A stretch of DNA of 64,000 nt from Microcoleaceae cyanobacterium (GCA_051652765.1 JBOFUV010000097.1:1-64000), one strand, 5' to 3'. Numbered from the stretch's first letter, positions 42,068 to 53,455 are shown. Made by a program: numbers and translations. Notes: a model not told the origin generated them from the letters alone.

Positions 42068-43261
42068 TTACTGAATATTCAACTCATCAAACTGGTAAAT
42101 TGACGACTCACACCCCTTGATCTGAGAAACGAGAGAGCTGGCCAAACGGACTGCTTGCCAAAGTAAATTGGGCTCTGCTTCCAATAGAATGGGTCGAGAA
42201 TGACTGAGTATCTCTGGAATTGATTCAAAAGTCAAGTTCGCCCCAGGGACAGAGGTATACTTTGATTCTAGTATGTCCGCAAGCTGATCTAATACAGGTG
42301 ACAACAATACCCGAGCAAAACTGCCATAGGCGACTCCCGAAACTGCCCTAAAACCCAGTATTTCAGATTCCGATCTTGCCAATAGACCCAGCGACCTCAG
42401 CTTGGTAACGGTGTAACCGTTCGTACCTCCTGCCAGTTGAACATATCCCGGCAGATTGGCAGCCAACACCTTTTTTGCCAACTTAATACTGGCAGAGGTC
42501 GTTCCAGCTCCGATATCTCCACTCATTGGGCGACCATCGGTTTGCCAAATCAGAGGGCAAGACAGGGGAGAAACGATATCGTACAGTGTCCAGAGGTAGT
42601 CAACTAAGTCAGCTCCATCTGGACAGCTAATGGCCACCAACTGCAGTTGATCAACCCACGGTTGCACCCCGTTCCAAAGTCGTCTAAAATCAGATTCTCT
42701 TCCAACTTGAGTATGAATCTCAATTGCATCTACTCCCGTTTGCAATACCAAGGGCATGATAGTTGCGGGGGTAGAAACAAAGGATCGGGTCTGAATCAGT
42801 TGGCTAGGACAGATCGGTACGCAGCGACCACATCCATAGCAAAGCTGATCAATCACACCAGATGCCCCTCCCAATCGATCAGCAAAGGCGATCGCCTCTG
42901 CTGGACAAACCTGCTCGCAGGGTCGCCAACACTGAGTAGGACAAGCTGTTGGATCAAACTCTGCTTTGCGAAAATGAGGATCTTCTCCGTCGTTCACACT
43001 AACCATTAGCCAGGGCCTACCTTTGAAGCCAAAGCCCAGAGTTTGAGCTTGAGATCCTAAGGTTTGGGCAACCTGAAAAGCGTCTTGAGCTGCAGCAATC
43101 ACCGCAGGGTCAGCCGCTACATCAACACAATCAGCCCCGGCCAAGGTGTAGGCTAGGGCAAGGCTGCGGACTGCTGGCAAATGCTGATAACTGGCTCCGC
43201 AAATGAGCTTAAACCAGTCACCTTTGCGTAGTGAATCGAGCGGAAAGGCGTTCTTTATCAC
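42068..43261 (-). CDS. ldpA: Circadian clock light-dependent period protein (4Fe-4S)
   Basis: WFKLICGAS, GEDPHFRKA, CYGCGRCVPICP and WQTDGRPMSGDIG motifs. Confidence 0.93.
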   Translation of the reverse strand: MIKNAFPLDSLRKGDWFKLICGASYQHLPAVRSLALAYTLAGADCVDVAADPAVIAAAQDAFQVAQTLGSQAQTLGFGFKGRPWLMVSVNDGEDPHFRKAEFDPTACPTQCWRPCEQVCPAEAIAFADRLGGASGVIDQLCYGCGRCVPICPSQLIQTRSFVSTPATIMPLVLQTGVDAIEIHTQVGRESDFRRLWNGVQPWVDQLQLVAISCPDGADLVDYLWTLYDIVSPLSCPLIWQTDGRPMSGDIGAGTTSASIKLAKKVLAANLPGYVQLAGGTNGYTVTKLRSLGLLARSESEILGFRAVSGVAYGSFARVLLSPVLDQLADILESKYTSVPGANLTFESIPEILSHSRPILLEAEPNLLWQAVRLASSLVSQIKGCESSIYQFDELNIQ

Positions 43262-43745
43262 AATTTATATAGTGCCATAACGTTGCCCAAATTCATCATT
43301 TGTTTGTTTGGAAATTGCACACCTTCGGAATTTTATTGCGGATTACGCTAGATGTTGTAGCAAAATTATATGGAACACCTGTACGTAGGGGATTGTGTAA
43401 ATTCAAACTGAGGATAAACTCGGAAGACACTGATACCACTTTTACCTGTAAATTATTCCTTCCCTAGAAAAAATGAGGAAAAATTTAGAGTGAAGTTGAT
43501 CAACCCAAAGATTTAGGGAACCCTGGGAAATGGATGTAACCAAGCCTTCATAAGTTTTTCACACTGGCAAGATAAAATTTAGACAACAGTTTGATTGATG
43601 GGTGGAGTATTTTGCTAATGAGTAAAAGCAAATTATGGAGACCAAGATCCAACTCAGTAGCTAGAGTAATTCCAATAATGATTTCTAGTTTGTACCAGTT
43701 TTTAGAAGTTTAGTTTTTAGAAGTTTAGTTTTTAGAAGTTTAGAT

Positions 43746-45029
43746 ATGAATCAAGCAAATATTCTGGTGATTGACGACAATCCAATCAATTTGGGGGTAG
43801 CCGTGAATTCCCTGGAAGATCAAGGATTTAATGTCCTTGTTGCAAGTAATGGTGAATCCGGAATTAAACGAGCAAAATACGCTCATCCCAGCATCATTTT
43901 GCTCGATATTTCAATGCCTGGACTAGATGGATTTGAAACCTGCCGTCGATTAAAACAAGATCCAGAAACTCAAACCATTCCAGTAATCTTTATGACAGCC
44001 TTTTCAGATGCAGAGAATAAAGTCAAAGGGTTGGAAGTTGGGGCAGTAGATTATGTCACAAAGCCGATTCAAATTGAAGAAGTTACTGCCCGGATCAACC
44101 TTCATCTCAAACTCTATCTTCTCACACAAAAATTAGAACAACAGGTTGAACAACGAACGATTGATCTAAACGCAGCGTTACAGAGACTTCAGACCTCTCA
44201 ACTACAACTAATTCAGCATGAAAAGATGTCAGCTCTTGGTCAATTGATGTCAGGTATTACCCATGAGATTAATAATCCGTTGGGTTTTGTTTCCGGAAAT
44301 TTAAACCATGCTGTAATGTATGTTCAGGACTTAGTTGATCACTTGAAACTGTATCAAGAAAAATTTCCCGAACCTGGAGGAGACATCGAACAACATGCAA
44401 TAAAAATTGAGTTGGATTATCTTTTGGAAGACTTGCCTGAGGTGCTAAATTCAACCCAAAATGGCATCAAACGACTCCAAGATATCAGTAGCTCTATGCG
44501 GATTTTTTCCCGTGCTGATCAACACCAGAAAGTTACATTTGATTTGCATGAAGGAATTGATAGCACTTTACTCATTCTCAAGCATCGCCTCAAGTCTAAT
44601 GAGAACCGTCCTGAAATTACAGTAATTAAAAAATATGGCAATGTTCCTCAAGTTAGCGGATTCCCAGGACAATTAAATCAAGTATTCATGAACTTGATTG
44701 CCAACGCAATTGATGTATTTGATGAGATGGCTGAATCCATGAACTTAGCAGAAATGAAATCTCACCCTTTTCAAATCATCATCTCTACTGAATTTCTCCA
44801 AAGCGAGAAACAGGTAATGATTAAAATTCAGGACAATGGGAGAGGCATGTCAGCAGAGGTTAAAACGAGAATGTTTGATCATTTATTTACCACAAAACCT
44901 GTTGGTAAAGGGACAGGACTGGGGCTATCAATTTCGCGTCAAATTATCGAGGAAAAGCATAATGGCAACTTGACCTGCAAATCCGAATTAGAACAAGGAA
45001 CAGAATTTACAATCATTCTTCCTGTATAA
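43746..45029 (+). CDS. Hybrid response regulator-histidine kinase (REC-HisKA-HATPase)
   Basis: LLDISMP receiver; THEINNPL; NLIANAID; DNG; GKGTGLGL. Confidence 0.93.
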   Translation: MNQANILVIDDNPINLGVAVNSLEDQGFNVLVASNGESGIKRAKYAHPSIILLDISMPGLDGFETCRRLKQDPETQTIPVIFMTAFSDAENKVKGLEVGAVDYVTKPIQIEEVTARINLHLKLYLLTQKLEQQVEQRTIDLNAALQRLQTSQLQLIQHEKMSALGQLMSGITHEINNPLGFVSGNLNHAVMYVQDLVDHLKLYQEKFPEPGGDIEQHAIKIELDYLLEDLPEVLNSTQNGIKRLQDISSSMRIFSRADQHQKVTFDLHEGIDSTLLILKHRLKSNENRPEITVIKKYGNVPQVSGFPGQLNQVFMNLIANAIDVFDEMAESMNLAEMKSHPFQIIISTEFLQSEKQVMIKIQDNGRGMSAEVKTRMFDHLFTTKPVGKGTGLGLSISRQIIEEKHNGNLTCKSELEQGTEFTIILPV

Positions 45030-45236
45030 GAGTTAAACTATTTCACTAAGAATTCTTTTCAAGCCACCCTCGTTCTTCGCCGACAAACAAGCACTGCTTG
45101 TCGAATTTCTTCCGTCTATTATTCATTTTTCTGGCCAAGATAATATTATCTTTCTTGTCCCAAAAAGAATTTATGAAATCAAATGTAAGCTTGACTGATT
45201 AAAATCAAAAGACTTAATGGATTAAGGTTAACAAAA

Positions 45237-47516
45237 ATGTCTATTAGAAATAAAATCATTCGTGGGTATACCTTGGCTTTGAGTATCGCTTTAGGAGGAA
45301 CAATTTCCGGATTAATAATAGGAAATTACTATCAACAAAAGGCACTGAAATATCGAGAGACTGCTGCTATAGATCGCAAATTTTTGAGCACACTACAATT
45401 AGATATTCTATATAATCGGCCTACCAAACAACTGTCTCCTTATCTGCAGAATCCAGAAGATTTTAGTCAAGAAAGTGAAAAATTCATCCGACGACTTGAT
45501 AAAATTCAGTCGTTTTTACTGGCATATAATTCTTTGGAGAATCCATCAACTCTTGAAGGTTTGCCGCCTCTGTTAAATGCTTATCTAGTTGTCGTTAATA
45601 ACTTTTCTCAAAGATTCAAATTGTTTACTCAAAAAGTCAGACCTTTGGTTACAACCCCAGGCGGTGTAAGAGAAGCGGAGATTGAACTTTTACAACTGGC
45701 GAAAAGCTTAGAGTTTGTGAAGTTTATTGAATTTCCAGAAGAACTCTCTAGTTTTTATAAGCTTGCTGAGCAACAGGAGGAAAATTCTGAAATTGCTTTA
45801 GCTAGGGCTGAAGTATTACGAACCTGGATCATTATAACAAGTCTAGGACTATCAACTCTTTTGGCAATTATGTCAGTTTTACATACTAGCTATAGTATCG
45901 CTTATCCAATTCAATCTCTCAATCTTACTGCTCAAAAAGTCACGAATGAATCGAATTTTGATCTACAAGCTCTAGTTGAAACAGAAGATGAAGTTGGCGC
46001 TTTAGCTATATCTTTAAACCAAATGATTCAACGAGTACAACAGCTATTAAAGGAACAACAGGAATATATAAACCAACTTCAATCAGTCACAAAAATTGCT
46101 GATGATGCTAACCAAGCCAAAAGCGAGTTTCTATCGAATATGAGCCATGAGTTAAGAACGCCGTTGAATGGAATTCTAGGTTATGCTCAAATCTTAAAAC
46201 GCGACCGTACCCTAACACCTCAACAAAGTGATGGACTCAATATTATTCAAAAAAGTGGCAATCATTTATTAACCCTAATTAACGACATTCTAGATTTATC
46301 GAAAATTGAAGCCCGCAAGATGGAACTATATCCTAGTGATACTCACCTTGCAAGTTTTCTAGACAGTATCACTGAACTGATGAGAATGCGGGCATTAGAA
46401 AAAGATATTCTCTTCAAGCTCGAATTAGATTCAGCCCTGCCTGCGGGAGTTAAAGCTGATGAAAAACGGCTCAGGCAAGTATTGTTGAACTTATTAGGAA
46501 ATGCAGTTAAATTTACTGATCAAGGTCAGGTTATTCTGAGGGTAAAGCAAGTTAGAACCGAGGCAGATCAAGCAACTCTGCGGTTTGAAATTATCGATAC
46601 AGGAGTCGGCATGACTCCCGAACAATTGCAGAAAATCTTTCAACCCTTTGAACAAGTCGGAGATAGCAAAAAGCGTTCAGAGGGTACAGGCTTGGGACTC
46701 GCAATTACTCAACAATTAGTTGGACTTATGGGAGGTGAATTGCAAGTTTCTAGCGAATCCGGAAAGGGATCAACCTTCTGGTTTGAAGCCACATTTCCTG
46801 TGATTGAAACCTGGATCGAATCCCAACCCGAAATCACTCAACAAATTGCAGGTTATCAAGGGCAAAAACGCACGATTTTAGTTGTCGATGATAAGGAAGA
46901 AAATCGTTTGGTTTTGCAACATATGCTAGAACCTTTAGGGTTTGATATTCTCCTGGGAGAAGATGGTCAACAAGAAGTTAAACTTGCTCAAAAACATAAG
47001 CCTGACTTGATTTTAACGGATTTAGTTATGCCAGTCAAAACAGGGTTTGAAGCGATTCAAGAAATTCGACAAATTCCAGAGATTCAGGAAATACCGATTA
47101 TTGCCATATCCGCTAGTTTAATGGATTCAGAACAGCATAAAAGTAGAATTGGAGGATGTGATGCTTTTTTACCTAAGCCAGTTGAGGAGCAAAGTTTATT
47201 GAAAATGCTAGGTCACTACCTACATTTAGAGTGGATATATGAACAACAAATTCAACCTACTCAGACTGAATTCCAAAGTTCAATTCAAGATGAAGTTTCA
47301 ATGGTATCAGAAGAGTTAGTTGTTCCCCCCCTGGAGGAGATAGAAGTTTTGTATGAATTAGCCATGCTGGGCAATATGCGAAAGATTCAGGAACGAGCTG
47401 TTTATTTAGAGGAGTTAGATGTTAAATACACTTGCTTCTCTCAAAAGATTAAAGCCTTAGCCAGTGAATTTCGGGATGGAGAGATTATTGCTTTAATCGA
47501 ACGTTTTCTTGGGTAA
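45237..47516 (+). CDS. Hybrid sensor histidine kinase (TM-HAMP-HisKA-HATPase-REC)
   Basis: Two TMs; HAMP; SHELRTPL; NAVKFT; GTGLGL; LTDLVMP receiver. Confidence 0.93.
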   Translation: MSIRNKIIRGYTLALSIALGGTISGLIIGNYYQQKALKYRETAAIDRKFLSTLQLDILYNRPTKQLSPYLQNPEDFSQESEKFIRRLDKIQSFLLAYNSLENPSTLEGLPPLLNAYLVVVNNFSQRFKLFTQKVRPLVTTPGGVREAEIELLQLAKSLEFVKFIEFPEELSSFYKLAEQQEENSEIALARAEVLRTWIIITSLGLSTLLAIMSVLHTSYSIAYPIQSLNLTAQKVTNESNFDLQALVETEDEVGALAISLNQMIQRVQQLLKEQQEYINQLQSVTKIADDANQAKSEFLSNMSHELRTPLNGILGYAQILKRDRTLTPQQSDGLNIIQKSGNHLLTLINDILDLSKIEARKMELYPSDTHLASFLDSITELMRMRALEKDILFKLELDSALPAGVKADEKRLRQVLLNLLGNAVKFTDQGQVILRVKQVRTEADQATLRFEIIDTGVGMTPEQLQKIFQPFEQVGDSKKRSEGTGLGLAITQQLVGLMGGELQVSSESGKGSTFWFEATFPVIETWIESQPEITQQIAGYQGQKRTILVVDDKEENRLVLQHMLEPLGFDILLGEDGQQEVKLAQKHKPDLILTDLVMPVKTGFEAIQEIRQIPEIQEIPIIAISASLMDSEQHKSRIGGCDAFLPKPVEEQSLLKMLGHYLHLEWIYEQQIQPTQTEFQSSIQDEVSMVSEELVVPPLEEIEVLYELAMLGNMRKIQERAVYLEELDVKYTCFSQKIKALASEFRDGEIIALIERFLG

Positions 47517-47621
47517 TGGGGTAAGGAAGAATTAACAAGGGTCGAATTTTGACAAGACACCGTGTAAGCTGAGGTGAAGAATTTGTACCGTCTCTGAAAC
47601 GATCCACGATCACACCTTAAC

Positions 47622-48857
47622 ATGGCAACGATTAACGATAACTACCTCAAACTCAAGGCTGGATACTTGTTTCCCGAAATTGCGCGTCGGGTGAATGCCT
47701 TTGCTGACGCTAACCCAGACGCAAACATGATTAAACTCGGCATTGGTGATGTTACGGAACCTTTACCAGAAGCCTGCCGTATTGCCATGACCCAGGCGGT
47801 AGAAGAAATGGGCGATCGCGCTACATTCAAGGGTTATGGCCCAGAACAAGGCTACGGTTGGCTGCGAGAAAAAGTTGCCCACCATGATTTTCAGTCCCGA
47901 GGCTGTGAAGTTGATGCGGCTGAAATTTTTATCTCCGACGGTTCCAAGTGCGATACGGGTAATATCCTCGACATTTTCAGTCAGGACAACACAATTGCTG
48001 TCACCGATCCGGTTTATCCCGTGTATGTAGACACGAACGTGATGGCTGGCAATACAGGGGTTGTGAACGATCAAGGAGAATATGAAGGCTTAGTCTACTT
48101 GCCGATCACCGCCGAGAATCACTTTACCGCTGCATTGCCCACGAAGAAAGTCGATCTGATCTATCTCTGCTTCCCCAACAATCCCACGGGGGCCACTGCC
48201 ACCAAGGAGTATTTGAAAACTTGGGTTGAGTATGCCAAGGCCAACGGTTCAATTATTCTGTTTGATGCTGCCTACGAAGCGTTTATCACTGATCCAACCT
48301 TACCTCACTCAATCTACGAAATTGATGGGGCGCGAGATTGTGCTATTGAGTTCCGTTCTTTCTCCAAAAATGCTGGATTTACGGGAACCCGCTGTGCCTT
48401 AACCGTTGTCCCCCAGACCTTAACGGCTAAAGCGGCGGATGGCTCTGATGTAGAACTGTGGAAATTGTGGAACCGTCGTCAGTCTACTAAGTTTAATGGC
48501 GTTTCCTACCTTGTGCAGCGGGGTGCAGAAGCCGTTTATTCTGAGGTGGGACAAGCTCAAGTTAAGGCGTTAGTCCAGTTCTATCTGGAGAATGCCAAGA
48601 TCATCTGTGATCGATTGATGGCTGCCGGACTGGCGGTTTACGGTGGAGTGAATGCTCCCTATGTTTGGGTAAAAACCCCCAACGGTTTGTCAAGCTGGGA
48701 TTTCTTTGACAAGTTGCTCCACGCCTGTAACGTGGTCGGCACGCCCGGTTCAGGGTTTGGAGCGGCTGGGGAAGGATATTTTCGGATTTCTGCTTTCAAT
48801 ACTCGTGATCAGGTAAACGCAGCCATGGAGCGGATTGCGGAGAAGTTTAAGGTTTAA
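47622..48857 (+). CDS. dapL: LL-diaminopimelate aminotransferase
   Basis: [15 protein letters not shown] and [13 protein letters not shown] motifs. Confidence 0.95.
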   Translation: MATINDNYLKLKAGYLFPEIARRVNAFADANPDANMIKLGIGDVTEPLPEACRIAMTQAVEEMGDRATFKGYGPEQGYGWLREKVAHHDFQSRGCEVDAAEIFISDGSKCDTGNILDIFSQDNTIAVTDPVYPVYVDTNVMAGNTGVVNDQGEYEGLVYLPITAENHFTAALPTKKVDLIYLCFPNNPTGATATKEYLKTWVEYAKANGSIILFDAAYEAFITDPTLPHSIYEIDGARDCAIEFRSFSKNAGFTGTRCALTVVPQTLTAKAADGSDVELWKLWNRRQSTKFNGVSYLVQRGAEAVYSEVGQAQVKALVQFYLENAKIICDRLMAAGLAVYGGVNAPYVWVKTPNGLSSWDFFDKLLHACNVVGTPGSGFGAAGEGYFRISAFNTRDQVNAAMERIAEKFKV

Positions 48858-48904
48858 CGTTAAACTTCTGGGTTGAGTTTTCCATGTTCGGCCCAACCCC
48901 ATAC

Positions 48905-49363
48905 CTAGAAGCTGATCTCTAAATCAATTCCCTGAGACAAGATCTGTGCCTGACGACCCTCTCCTCGCTGATGGAGTAGGCTGATCTGAATCCAGTGTTG
49001 AGGTTGATAAACCAATCGTTCTGCCCATTCAATGGCAACAATTCCAGGTTCAACCTCAGTGCCTTCCCAGTAGAGATCCAGGTTTAAGGCTGCAACTTCT
49101 GAGGGGGTCAAACGATATAAGTCTAGATGGTACAGGGGAATTCGGCCAGAGGTATACTCATTAATTAAGGTAAATGTCGGACTGTCAATGGGTTCTGTGA
49201 TACCTAATCCCTGGCCAATTCCCTGGACGAGGGTTGTTTTTCCACTGCCCAACTCTCCAGCTAGCAAAATCACACAATTGGGCAGGAGCGATCGCCCAAG
49301 CTGAATCCCCAAATTCCGAGTGGCGATTACATCAGGCAGAAAAATAGCATTCTTCTGGGTCAC
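48905..49363 (-). CDS. tsaE: tRNA threonylcarbamoyladenosine biosynthesis ATPase
   Basis: GELGSGKTT, SPTF, HLDLYRL and IEWAE motifs. Confidence 0.96.
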   Translation of the reverse strand: MTQKNAIFLPDVIATRNLGIQLGRSLLPNCVILLAGELGSGKTTLVQGIGQGLGITEPIDSPTFTLINEYTSGRIPLYHLDLYRLTPSEVAALNLDLYWEGTEVEPGIVAIEWAERLVYQPQHWIQISLLHQRGEGRQAQILSQGIDLEISF

Positions 49364-49466
49364 ATCAACTATTCCTATCCTTAGCTAACACAAACTGCAT
49401 AGTTTTTCCTGAATCCACCTTACTAAATCTGTAGAGTCTAGCACTGAATATAAGGGAGCAATCATT

Positions 49467-50324
49467 ATGCGTTGGAGCAAGCCTCACATCCAGCAGCTCA
49501 GACTAACCTTCACTCTGGCGTTATCACTCTCAGTTGGGTTTCCGGTTCAGGCCCAGACCTTTCCTCCTCAACCTGTAAACCTAGCCAATCCACTGGCCAA
49601 TTCACTGGCTAATTCAACCGTTAACTTAAATTCTATAGAACAACCTCTACAGTTCAATCTTCCGGATATGACTGACCGAGGGCGACCGGGTGAACGCAGT
49701 GGAGGCGGGAGCCGTGGCCCTTGTTCGATTGATCCAAAGGAGTTGTATGCCCTTGTTCCCAAAGATGGTCGAGGCTTGACTGTAAGTGGTTCTCCAAGCT
49801 TTTGGTTTCGGATTCCCTATTCATCGACAGACTATCATTCCCTCAAATTTCAGTTGACGCGATTTTGGAATAGTGGCAAACGGGAAGCTTTAGTCTACGA
49901 AAAAACATTATCTGCGGCTGAGGTTCCCACAGGAATTGTCAGCATTGCTGTGCCAGAAACCATCAGTCTACTCGAAACCGAACCCACTTACTACGAGTGG
50001 TCACTGGCCGCCTACTGTCAGAACTCTGAACCCAACTCTGAACTCGTAGAAACAGCCGTCGTCTATGGTTCTATCGTTAGGATTCAGCCAACTCCTGAGT
50101 TGACCCAAGCCCTAGAAACTGCTGCGACGGATCGCGATCGCGCCCGAATCTATGCAGAACAGGGCCTGTGGTACGATAGCCTTACGGTGTTAGGCTATCT
50201 GAACCGGAGTTCTCTCGATCAGCCTGAGCTTTCAGCCGATTGGCAAGCCTTGCTGAAAAGCGTTGGTCTGGGACAAATCGCAACAGAACCCCTAGCCGAT
50301 TGTTGTAACGTTGCTCGAAACTAA
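49467..50324 (+). CDS. DUF928 domain secreted protein
   Basis: Signal peptide; GGGSRG, PSFWF, GLWYD and WQALLKSVGL motifs. Confidence 0.88.
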   Translation: MRWSKPHIQQLRLTFTLALSLSVGFPVQAQTFPPQPVNLANPLANSLANSTVNLNSIEQPLQFNLPDMTDRGRPGERSGGGSRGPCSIDPKELYALVPKDGRGLTVSGSPSFWFRIPYSSTDYHSLKFQLTRFWNSGKREALVYEKTLSAAEVPTGIVSIAVPETISLLETEPTYYEWSLAAYCQNSEPNSELVETAVVYGSIVRIQPTPELTQALETAATDRDRARIYAEQGLWYDSLTVLGYLNRSSLDQPELSADWQALLKSVGLGQIATEPLADCCNVARN

Positions 50325-50420
50325 AACTGTTGGTGTCGAAGCCAAGTTTTTGGCAGGTTGAGTTGCTTAATTAGATCTCTAGACTGTTCGGGCAAGATGC
50401 TTAACTCACGTTTACAATTC

Positions 50421-50540
50421 ACAGGGGATTGTTCTGTAGCCATCACCAAGGCGGTGAGGACAGGGACATTTTTGTGGGCGCGAGCGATCTGCGCCCACAA
50501 AAATGTCCTAAACATAATGGCAGCCTAGCTTACACCCTGT
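50421..50540. mobile_element. MITE/REP-like element with perfect 18-bp hairpin
   Basis: GGACATTTTTGTGGGCGC (50464-50481) / GCGCCCACAAAAATGTCC (50491-50508); outer ACAGGG/CCCTGT ends. Confidence 0.5.
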
Positions 50541-50622
50541 TTAACATCAAGTCGAAATTAAGCCGGATTAGAACCTGATATGATCTTCCTGTTTAACCCT
50601 TAATTAGATTGAATAGAATCCT

Positions 50623-50931
50623 ATGTCCTCCCCAACAACTCCTGATTCTTCCAATACCCTGGGCGCAGATGCAATTGATGAGGCGATTGCCCAAGGGATT
50701 GACTTTGACGGGTCTGCCATCCCCCCCGAAAAGCTTGATCTCTACAACAAGGTTATGGCCCTAGAGGCCGGACGGCAACGCAGCGGAGTGTCCAATACTA
50801 TGCGATCGCGGATTGTTCGGATTGGGGCAAAACACATTCCCCAGGGCGAGTTAAATCAGATGTTGCTTGATGCAGAATTCGCCCCTTTGAAAGAGAAAGA
50901 AATTGCTTTTTATTACGGCGGCAAATCCTAA
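50623..50931 (+). CDS. DUF4090 family protein
   Basis: GADAID, RQRSGVSNTMRSRIVRIGAKH and LKEKEIAFYY motifs. Confidence 0.85.
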   Translation: MSSPTTPDSSNTLGADAIDEAIAQGIDFDGSAIPPEKLDLYNKVMALEAGRQRSGVSNTMRSRIVRIGAKHIPQGELNQMLLDAEFAPLKEKEIAFYYGGKS

Positions 50932-51038
50932 TCAAGGCAGAGATTAGCCTACGATCACCCCTGATCACTTGCACTCTGACGAGCAGGCAGACCAAATTAG
51001 TTCCAATAAGATAGATGCCCTGAGAAGATTGAGTGTGA

Positions 51039-51428
51039 CTAGGCTAGTGCCTCAGGGCAATATCCTAAGCCTTTGACAAACTGGGAACGAAATGCCTCAA
51101 TGTCTTCCCGACTGGGGCGGCCATGGGAAACGACTGCGACTTGATATCGCCGCATCACACTGAGAGGAGTTTGCCCTGTTTCCAAGCCCCAAAGCGCCAT
51201 TTGAATCCGGATATTTGGATCATAGGGAATTCCTAGTTCAGTCATAAATGCCTTAAAGTCCCCATGTTGCTGAGCTGTTAGCGGCTGACTCATTTTGATT
51301 TTAATAATCCATCCATCAATTTGATGAATTATTGTTAAAAACTTCAAAGGCAAATTGCTGCGATTATATAAATAATCAGTTGCTCGCAAAGTTAAACTTG
51401 TATTGGCTAGAAAGTATAAATACTCCAT
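51039..51428 (-). CDS. Conserved cyanobacterial hypothetical protein
   Basis: MEYLYFLAN...GLGYCPEALA; AGGAG RBS before ATG at 51428. Confidence 0.8.
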   Translation of the reverse strand: MEYLYFLANTSLTLRATDYLYNRSNLPLKFLTIIHQIDGWIIKIKMSQPLTAQQHGDFKAFMTELGIPYDPNIRIQMALWGLETGQTPLSVMRRYQVAVVSHGRPSREDIEAFRSQFVKGLGYCPEALA

Positions 51429-51690
51429 TGAGTTTCTCCTGCATTCTCCTGTATTGACTCTCAAACCCATACCGCAAGAACTGGCATCTGACAGAAACTT
51501 ATATGCTTCTTACTCCGCTAGTCAATATCCAGTTCATCGCTCAGTAATACTATACTTCTATGATCACGGGATAGGGATCAACTGAAAAGGGGAAAAGCCC
51601 CCGATTTCTTTTGGGGGATTCTACCCATGCTTTACAAAGTGAAACATTTGTCGATTCGGCCATCTCAAGGGCAGGGAATAAAGATGAGGA

Positions 51691-52836
51691 ATGGATGAAT
51701 TAGATTGGACACTGAGTGTATATAACTATCTATTACCGGAAGAACGAATTGCCCAAAATCCAGTTGCTCCCAGGGATCAATCGCGATTGTTGGTGGTAGA
51801 TTCTCCGACTTCCCACACCCATGTGATCTTTCGTGATCTGCCGGATTTGCTTCAGCCCAAAGACTTACTCGTGCTCAATAATACTCGTGTGATTCCTGCT
51901 CGACTCTACGGTCATAAAACGAGTGGTGCTGAGGTGGAGATTTTATTGGTAGAGGAACAAACCTTTAACCAATGGTTAGCACTAGTTAAACCCGGTAAAC
52001 GGTTTAAAGTTGGCAGTCAAATTGAGTTTAAATCCACCAATTCTGCGGAGAACTTCCAGGGTTCTACTAATATTGAACGAACTTCTTTGGAGCGTCTAAC
52101 TGCAACCGTGATTGCCGTTGATCAGGCTACAGGAGGCCGGATTTTGCAATTTAATCTACCCTTTCAGCAGTCTTTGATTGAAGTCCTGGATCAATTTGGC
52201 CACGTGCCATTTCCGCCCTATGTCACCCAATCCCAGGCCCATCCCGAACAATATCAAACCATCTACGCTGAAGCCTTAGGCGCGATCGCTGCACCAACGG
52301 CAGGGTTACATTTTACCGAGGAACTCTTTGCCCGATTACAGCAAAAAGGGATTGAAACAGCCTTCGTGACCTTGCATGTTGGGGTTGGAACGTTTCGTCC
52401 AGTAGAAGTTGACAATATTAAAACCCACTCCATGCAAGGTGAATGGGTTGAAGTTCCAGAGGAAACCGTTGAAAAAATTCAAGCGACTCAACGGCAGGGA
52501 GGGCGAGTTATTGCTGTTGGAACAACGGTTGTTCGAGCTTTGGAAGGTGCAGCTTCTGCCCAAACTCCATTGGCTCCCTTTTGTGGAAAAACTCATCTTT
52601 TCATCTATCCCGGCTATCGATGGCAAGTAGTTCAAGGATTAATTACGAATTTTCACTTGCCCCGCTCAAGTCTATTGATGTTAGTTGCAGCGATGATTGG
52701 GCGGAAACGATTGCTCGATTTGTATCAAGATGCGCTCGCTCAACCCGCCGATCAATTCCAACGTCCCTACCGCTTTTATTCCTTTGGAGATGCGATGTTA
52801 ATTCTACCGGAGGCGGTTTCTCTGTTTGAGACTTAA
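51691..52836 (+). CDS. queA: S-adenosylmethionine:tRNA ribosyltransferase-isomerase
   Basis: [27 protein letters not shown] and [10 protein letters not shown] motifs. Confidence 0.97.
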   Translation: MDELDWTLSVYNYLLPEERIAQNPVAPRDQSRLLVVDSPTSHTHVIFRDLPDLLQPKDLLVLNNTRVIPARLYGHKTSGAEVEILLVEEQTFNQWLALVKPGKRFKVGSQIEFKSTNSAENFQGSTNIERTSLERLTATVIAVDQATGGRILQFNLPFQQSLIEVLDQFGHVPFPPYVTQSQAHPEQYQTIYAEALGAIAAPTAGLHFTEELFARLQQKGIETAFVTLHVGVGTFRPVEVDNIKTHSMQGEWVEVPEETVEKIQATQRQGGRVIAVGTTVVRALEGAASAQTPLAPFCGKTHLFIYPGYRWQVVQGLITNFHLPRSSLLMLVAAMIGRKRLLDLYQDALAQPADQFQRPYRFYSFGDAMLILPEAVSLFET

Positions 52837-52844
52837 GTTAACAT

Positions 52845-53240
52845 TTAAGCCATCGTTTTGTTAGCAGTCTGTTGCACTTTTTTACTCTGATTAACCGGAT
52901 TCATCCTTTTCTCTACCCACTTTAAAAACAGGGACGCGGCAGTTGTTAAAATCAGGTAGACAAGAGCTACAGCCAAATATACTTCAAAGGCTTTATAGGT
53001 CGTTGCCACCACTAATTGTCCCTTGCGAAAGAGTTCTTCAAAGCCAATCACTGCTGTCAAGCTAGTATCTTTGATCAGGGTAATAAACTCATTTCCTAAC
53101 GGAGGCTGTATCAGCCCCAGTCGTGCCAATTTGAACTGCAATTCCCTTCCCTGCTAAATCATCAAATGTCTTAATCGTCTTATTTTGATCTTGCACCGCG
53201 ATCGCTAAACCTGCCTTGAAATAGGGGCGGGAAAAGTGGA
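52845..53240 (-). pseudogene. Relic of fused polar amino-acid ABC substrate-binding/permease gene (BgtB-like)
   Basis: SBP fragment FSRPYFKAGLAIAV...IAVQIGTTGA joined out of frame to permease C-terminus PPLGNEFITLIKDTSL...; 5' end and middle missing. Confidence 0.85.
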
Positions 53241-53404
53241 GTGGGGATATTCTCTCGTTAGTCAGTAACCCTGCCCTTAATTCTAGAAGGAGCATCCTCC
53301 AACAGTTACTTTTGAACTAGGAGACTATTGACTAAAAAAACAACATTGTCAACTTCAGAGAGGTAAAGGTATATTAAGGAAATGTAACGAATTATGACTA
53401 AGCC

Positions 53405-53432
53405 TTGACAAGCGCGTTGAGGTGTTTAATAT
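53405..53432 (+). promoter_or_regulatory. Putative sigma70 promoter
   Basis: TTGACA-N16-TAATAT upstream of ATG at 53456. Confidence 0.4.
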
Positions 53433-53455
53433 GGCTATTCGCAAGGATTCTTTTA

